This document shows positions 61,109-64,000 of a stretch of 64,000 nt of DNA, in pieces. This DNA is from Acidobacteriota bacterium (GTDB lineage Bacteria; Acidobacteriota; UBA890; WLXD01). The notes below the pieces were generated by a model. It searched no databases, was not told the DNA's origin, and saw only the letters and a list, made by a program, of their open reading frames with translations. The stretch spans positions 64,001-128,000 of the forward strand of contig CAXWPH010000015.1 of the NCBI GenBank assembly GCA_963666055.2, given 5' to 3'. The first letter of the stretch is position 1. Each line of letters starts with the position of its first letter. Made by a program: the position numbers and the translations under genes.

Positions 61109-62491
61109 CTACCGCGGGCGGGTGACGTTACCGGCAGCTCTGTAGCCGGGATCGGTTGAAGGGTCGAATTCGAGCTGCTGGCGATCAACGATCCTGCCGC
61201 CTTGCAGGAGCACCGCGATGTTCCGCGTATCGCCGATGTTGGCGGCGGGATCGCCATCGACGATCAATACGTCGGCGCGCTTACCTGGCTCGAGGGTGCC
61301 CCAGTCATCCGCCTGCATCAGCGCCGCAGCGTTGCGCGTCGCCGTGGAGATTGCCTGCAGGGGAGTCAGCCCCGCCTCCACCAGCAGCTCCAGCTCGCGA
61401 TGCAGACCCTCGCCGAAGAACAGGCCCGGGGCCGGGGTGTCGGTACCCGCCACCAGCAGTATCCCGGCGTCGAACATGCGCTTGGCGTTGCGCAGCCGCA
61501 GGCGCCGCGATTCGGCACCGCCGCTGCCATAGGAGGTTCCTTGCCCACGCATGACAACATCGGTAAGCGGCTCGAACACCCAGGGCGGAGTAACCGCACC
61601 CACCAAGGGCGCTGCGGCGAAGTCGCCACCGCGCTCCTGCCATCGCAGCCGTGAGTCCGACAGCGTAGCGGTGGTGATGGTTGCTATACCCTCTCGAACC
61701 ATTACCTCGATCGCTTCGTCGGTGACCTCCCCAAAACCCAGGTGTGCGAACGCGGTGATCCCCGTTGCCGCCGATCCGGCAGAGCCGTTGCGTCGCCCTA
61801 CATCCACAATGACCGGAAGATCTTCCTGCGCCGCCGCCTCCACCAGGTGCACCAACATCTCGTCGGCAAGCCCGCCGTACCCCTTGATGACATGAGCGCC
61901 GGCGGCCTTGAGCTTGCGCACGTAGCCCTGCATCTGGGATACCGACGAGATGGCGTAGGAGATCTCGGGCCACGATGGCTCCGGGCCGTCGAGAATGGGA
62001 CCGGCGAAGTACACCCGCGGGCCCTGCAGCCGCCCGGCTCGAATCTCGTCGTGGATCTGCTTGATATGCGGTCCCACGTCACCCAGCGTCAGCACGGTGG
62101 TGACCCCGGCGTAGAGGTGCGCGTTGAGATAGCGCTGGAAACCGAGCAGGTCCGCTGTCGTACCGTCCCAGCCACCCTGTCCCAGATGGACATGCATGTC
62201 TGCCAGGCCCGGCAGGGCCGTCTGCCCCGTTGCGTCGATGATGTGGGCGCCGTCGGGCACCGGAGTCGAGCTCGCCGGCCCGACCGCTTCGATACGCTCG
62301 CCGCGGATCACGATGACGCCATCCGCCACCGGCTCGCCACCGTTGCCATCGATAATGCGTGCGCCGGTGATCGCGGTGACGTCAGACTGGGACGCCGCAC
62401 CGTTGTCGACCTCAGCACAGCCCGCCGCCGGCAATATCAGTGCTGTCAGCGCGATCAGGACAAGCAGCCGTCGCTCACGCGGTGCGCTCAT
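61109..62491 (-). CDS. Lipoprotein amidohydrolase (Amidohydro_1)
   Basis: Lipobox AAGC; PGLADMHVH; AGTD; GTLEPGKRADVLIVDGDP. Confidence 0.88.
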   Translation of the reverse strand: MSAPRERRLLVLIALTALILPAAGCAEVDNGAASQSDVTAITGARIIDGNGGEPVADGVIVIRGERIEAVGPASSTPVPDGAHIIDATGQTALPGLADMHVHLGQGGWDGTTADLLGFQRYLNAHLYAGVTTVLTLGDVGPHIKQIHDEIRAGRLQGPRVYFAGPILDGPEPSWPEISYAISSVSQMQGYVRKLKAAGAHVIKGYGGLADEMLVHLVEAAAQEDLPVIVDVGRRNGSAGSAATGITAFAHLGFGEVTDEAIEVMVREGIATITTATLSDSRLRWQERGGDFAAAPLVGAVTPPWVFEPLTDVVMRGQGTSYGSGGAESRRLRLRNAKRMFDAGILLVAGTDTPAPGLFFGEGLHRELELLVEAGLTPLQAISTATRNAAALMQADDWGTLEPGKRADVLIVDGDPAANIGDTRNIAVLLQGGRIVDRQQLEFDPSTDPGYRAAGNVTRPR

Positions 62492-62656
62492 TGGTCATTT
62501 CGCCTCGTAATAGTGGGCCGCCGGGTGCAGCGTCGGCACTCAAACACAGGCCACGCGTTTTCGCCAGACGTCCCCTATTGCTACCGCAGATTGCCACCCC
62601 TCGCGGTGGGAGCTGCTCCCGAAGTACGGTAGATCGCTATTCCATCCAGGAGACCG

Positions 62657-63484
62657 ATGACAGATTCCATCGCCGGCAACACCGCAGACACCGCCTACGA
62701 GGTGACCGGCTCAGGCTCGGTGGTGGTGTTGATCCATGGCGTCGGTCTCGACCGCGAGATGTGGAGGCCGCTGGCGACCCGGCTCGTCCATAGACACACG
62801 ATCGTCCGCTACGATCTGGCGGGTCACGGCGAGTCGGGGTCGGGCGCGCTTGGCATCAGCCTTGCCGGGTTCGCCGACCAGCTCGAGCAGCTGCTCGACG
62901 ATTTGAGTCTGCACCGCGTCGCGCTCGCCGGATTCTCTCTCGGTGCGTTGGTCGCCCGCCGGTTTGCGCTGACCCACCCAGACAAGCTGACTCGCTTGAT
63001 TCTGATCAGCAGCGTCTTCCGGCGTCGGCCCGCGCAGATCGCCGCCGTGCAATCGAGGCTTGACCAGGCCACCGAGGACGGGCCCGACAGCATCATCGAC
63101 GCTGCGATAGCCCGCTGGTTCACGCCGGCGTTCATGGCACGCGAGCCTGCAGCGATCGATCGGGTGCGGGCTCGACTGCAACGCAACAACCGCCAAGACT
63201 TCCTCGCCGCCTACCGGATATTCGCCGAGCCCGATCGCACCGCGAGCGAAGACCTGCGCCGCATCAGCTGCCCGGCTCTGGTGACCACCGGCGCCCTCGA
63301 CTGCGGATCGACGCCGGACATGGCCAGGGCACTCGCGGCAGCGCTCGGCAACGGCCGCGCCGTGATCCTGCCCGACCTGGCGCACATGGCTCCCGTCGAG
63401 GGCGCCGATGCGATGGCCGAGTTGGTGCTCGACTTCCTGAACGAACATGCTTCCGACCTGTACCTCCTGCCTGAAGAGGAATGA
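62657..63484 (+). CDS. Alpha/beta hydrolase (TgnD/PcaD-like)
   Basis: LIHGVGL, YDLAGHG, GFSLG nucleophile elbow, D..GSTP, HMAPVE. Confidence 0.88.
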   Translation: MTDSIAGNTADTAYEVTGSGSVVVLIHGVGLDREMWRPLATRLVHRHTIVRYDLAGHGESGSGALGISLAGFADQLEQLLDDLSLHRVALAGFSLGALVARRFALTHPDKLTRLILISSVFRRRPAQIAAVQSRLDQATEDGPDSIIDAAIARWFTPAFMAREPAAIDRVRARLQRNNRQDFLAAYRIFAEPDRTASEDLRRISCPALVTTGALDCGSTPDMARALAAALGNGRAVILPDLAHMAPVEGADAMAELVLDFLNEHASDLYLLPEEE

Positions 63485-64000
63485 CTCCAGTGGAATTCAA
63501 GCTATTTATCGACGGCGCGTTTTGCGAGGCGGCGGACGGCGCTCGATTCGAGAGCCTCGATCCGGCACACGAGACAGTCTGGGCGACCGCGCCAGAGGCC
63601 GGTGAGGAGGATGTCGACCGCGCCGTCGCTGCGGCCAGGAGCGCCCTCACCACAGGACCCTGGGCTGCGATGACCGCTACCGAACGCGGCCACCTCCTGC
63701 GCCGGCTCGGCGACTTGCTGATCGAGCGGTCCTCCGAGTTCGCCGAGATCGAGACCAGAGACACCGGCAAGATCATTCGCGAGACCGCTGGTCAGGCTGC
63801 CTATATGGCGAGCTACTACCACTACTTCGGGGGTATGGCGGACAAGATCGAGGGCGCCGTCCTGCCAATCGACAAGCCCGACATGATCACCATGACGGTG
63901 CGCGAGCCGCTCGGCGTGGTGGCCGCCATAATCCCCTGGAACGGGCAGATTCTCCTCACAGCATCCAAGCTCGCGCCGGCGCTGGCGGCAGGCAACACCG
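63481..64000 (+). CDS. Aldehyde dehydrogenase (TgnC-like), runs off the window end
   Basis: ATGA overlap; FKLFIDG, ETRDTGKIIRET, DKIEGAVLPIDKPDM, REPLGVVAAIIPWN, KLAPALAAGNT. Confidence 0.92.
   Translation, partial: MTPVEFKLFIDGAFCEAADGARFESLDPAHETVWATAPEAGEEDVDRAVAAARSALTTGPWAAMTATERGHLLRRLGDLLIERSSEFAEIETRDTGKIIRETAGQAAYMASYYHYFGGMADKIEGAVLPIDKPDMITMTVREPLGVVAAIIPWNGQILLTASKLAPALAAGNT

Noticed and set aside
1-64000. CRISPR array, cas genes, rRNA, tRNA, reverse transcriptase/DGR
   Set aside because: No regularly spaced repeat-spacer array or matching protein motifs were seen; the only tRNA-like sequences belong to tmRNA and its att duplicate

Overview
GC-rich bacterial chromosome window. 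Its gene style (Ser/Thr kinase-TPR receptors, VPS10/BNR, CRTAC1/ASPIC-UnbV and YtcJ-type amidohydrolase genes) suggests Acidobacteriota or a similar lineage; this is inference only. From left to right it holds a Tat-exported GH99-like protein, gatC-gatA, tatD, a MetG-C/Trbp111-type tRNA-binding protein, a kinase, an amidohydrolase, radC, an ECF sigma/anti-sigma/periplasmic operon and tmRNA (ssrA, tag ANTPVALAA). An ~8 kb island (13362-21330, 23-bp att direct repeat) is integrated in the tmRNA 3' end. It carries a tyrosine integrase, an excisionase-like HTH, an unusual C2H2-finger/HTH/C4-finger protein, two damaged IS3-family elements, a glutamate dehydrogenase and a K+ channel. Downstream is an accessory stretch with several gene relics and a CTAG-targeting MITE (one full and two partial copies). 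Three catabolic clusters follow: itaconate/C5-dicarboxylate-like, carnitine/gamma-butyrobetaine-like with a BCCT transporter, and trigonelline-like (TgnB/D/C-like), with malate synthase G among them. No CRISPR array, rRNA or tRNA was seen. All family assignments come from motif recognition and memory, not database searches.
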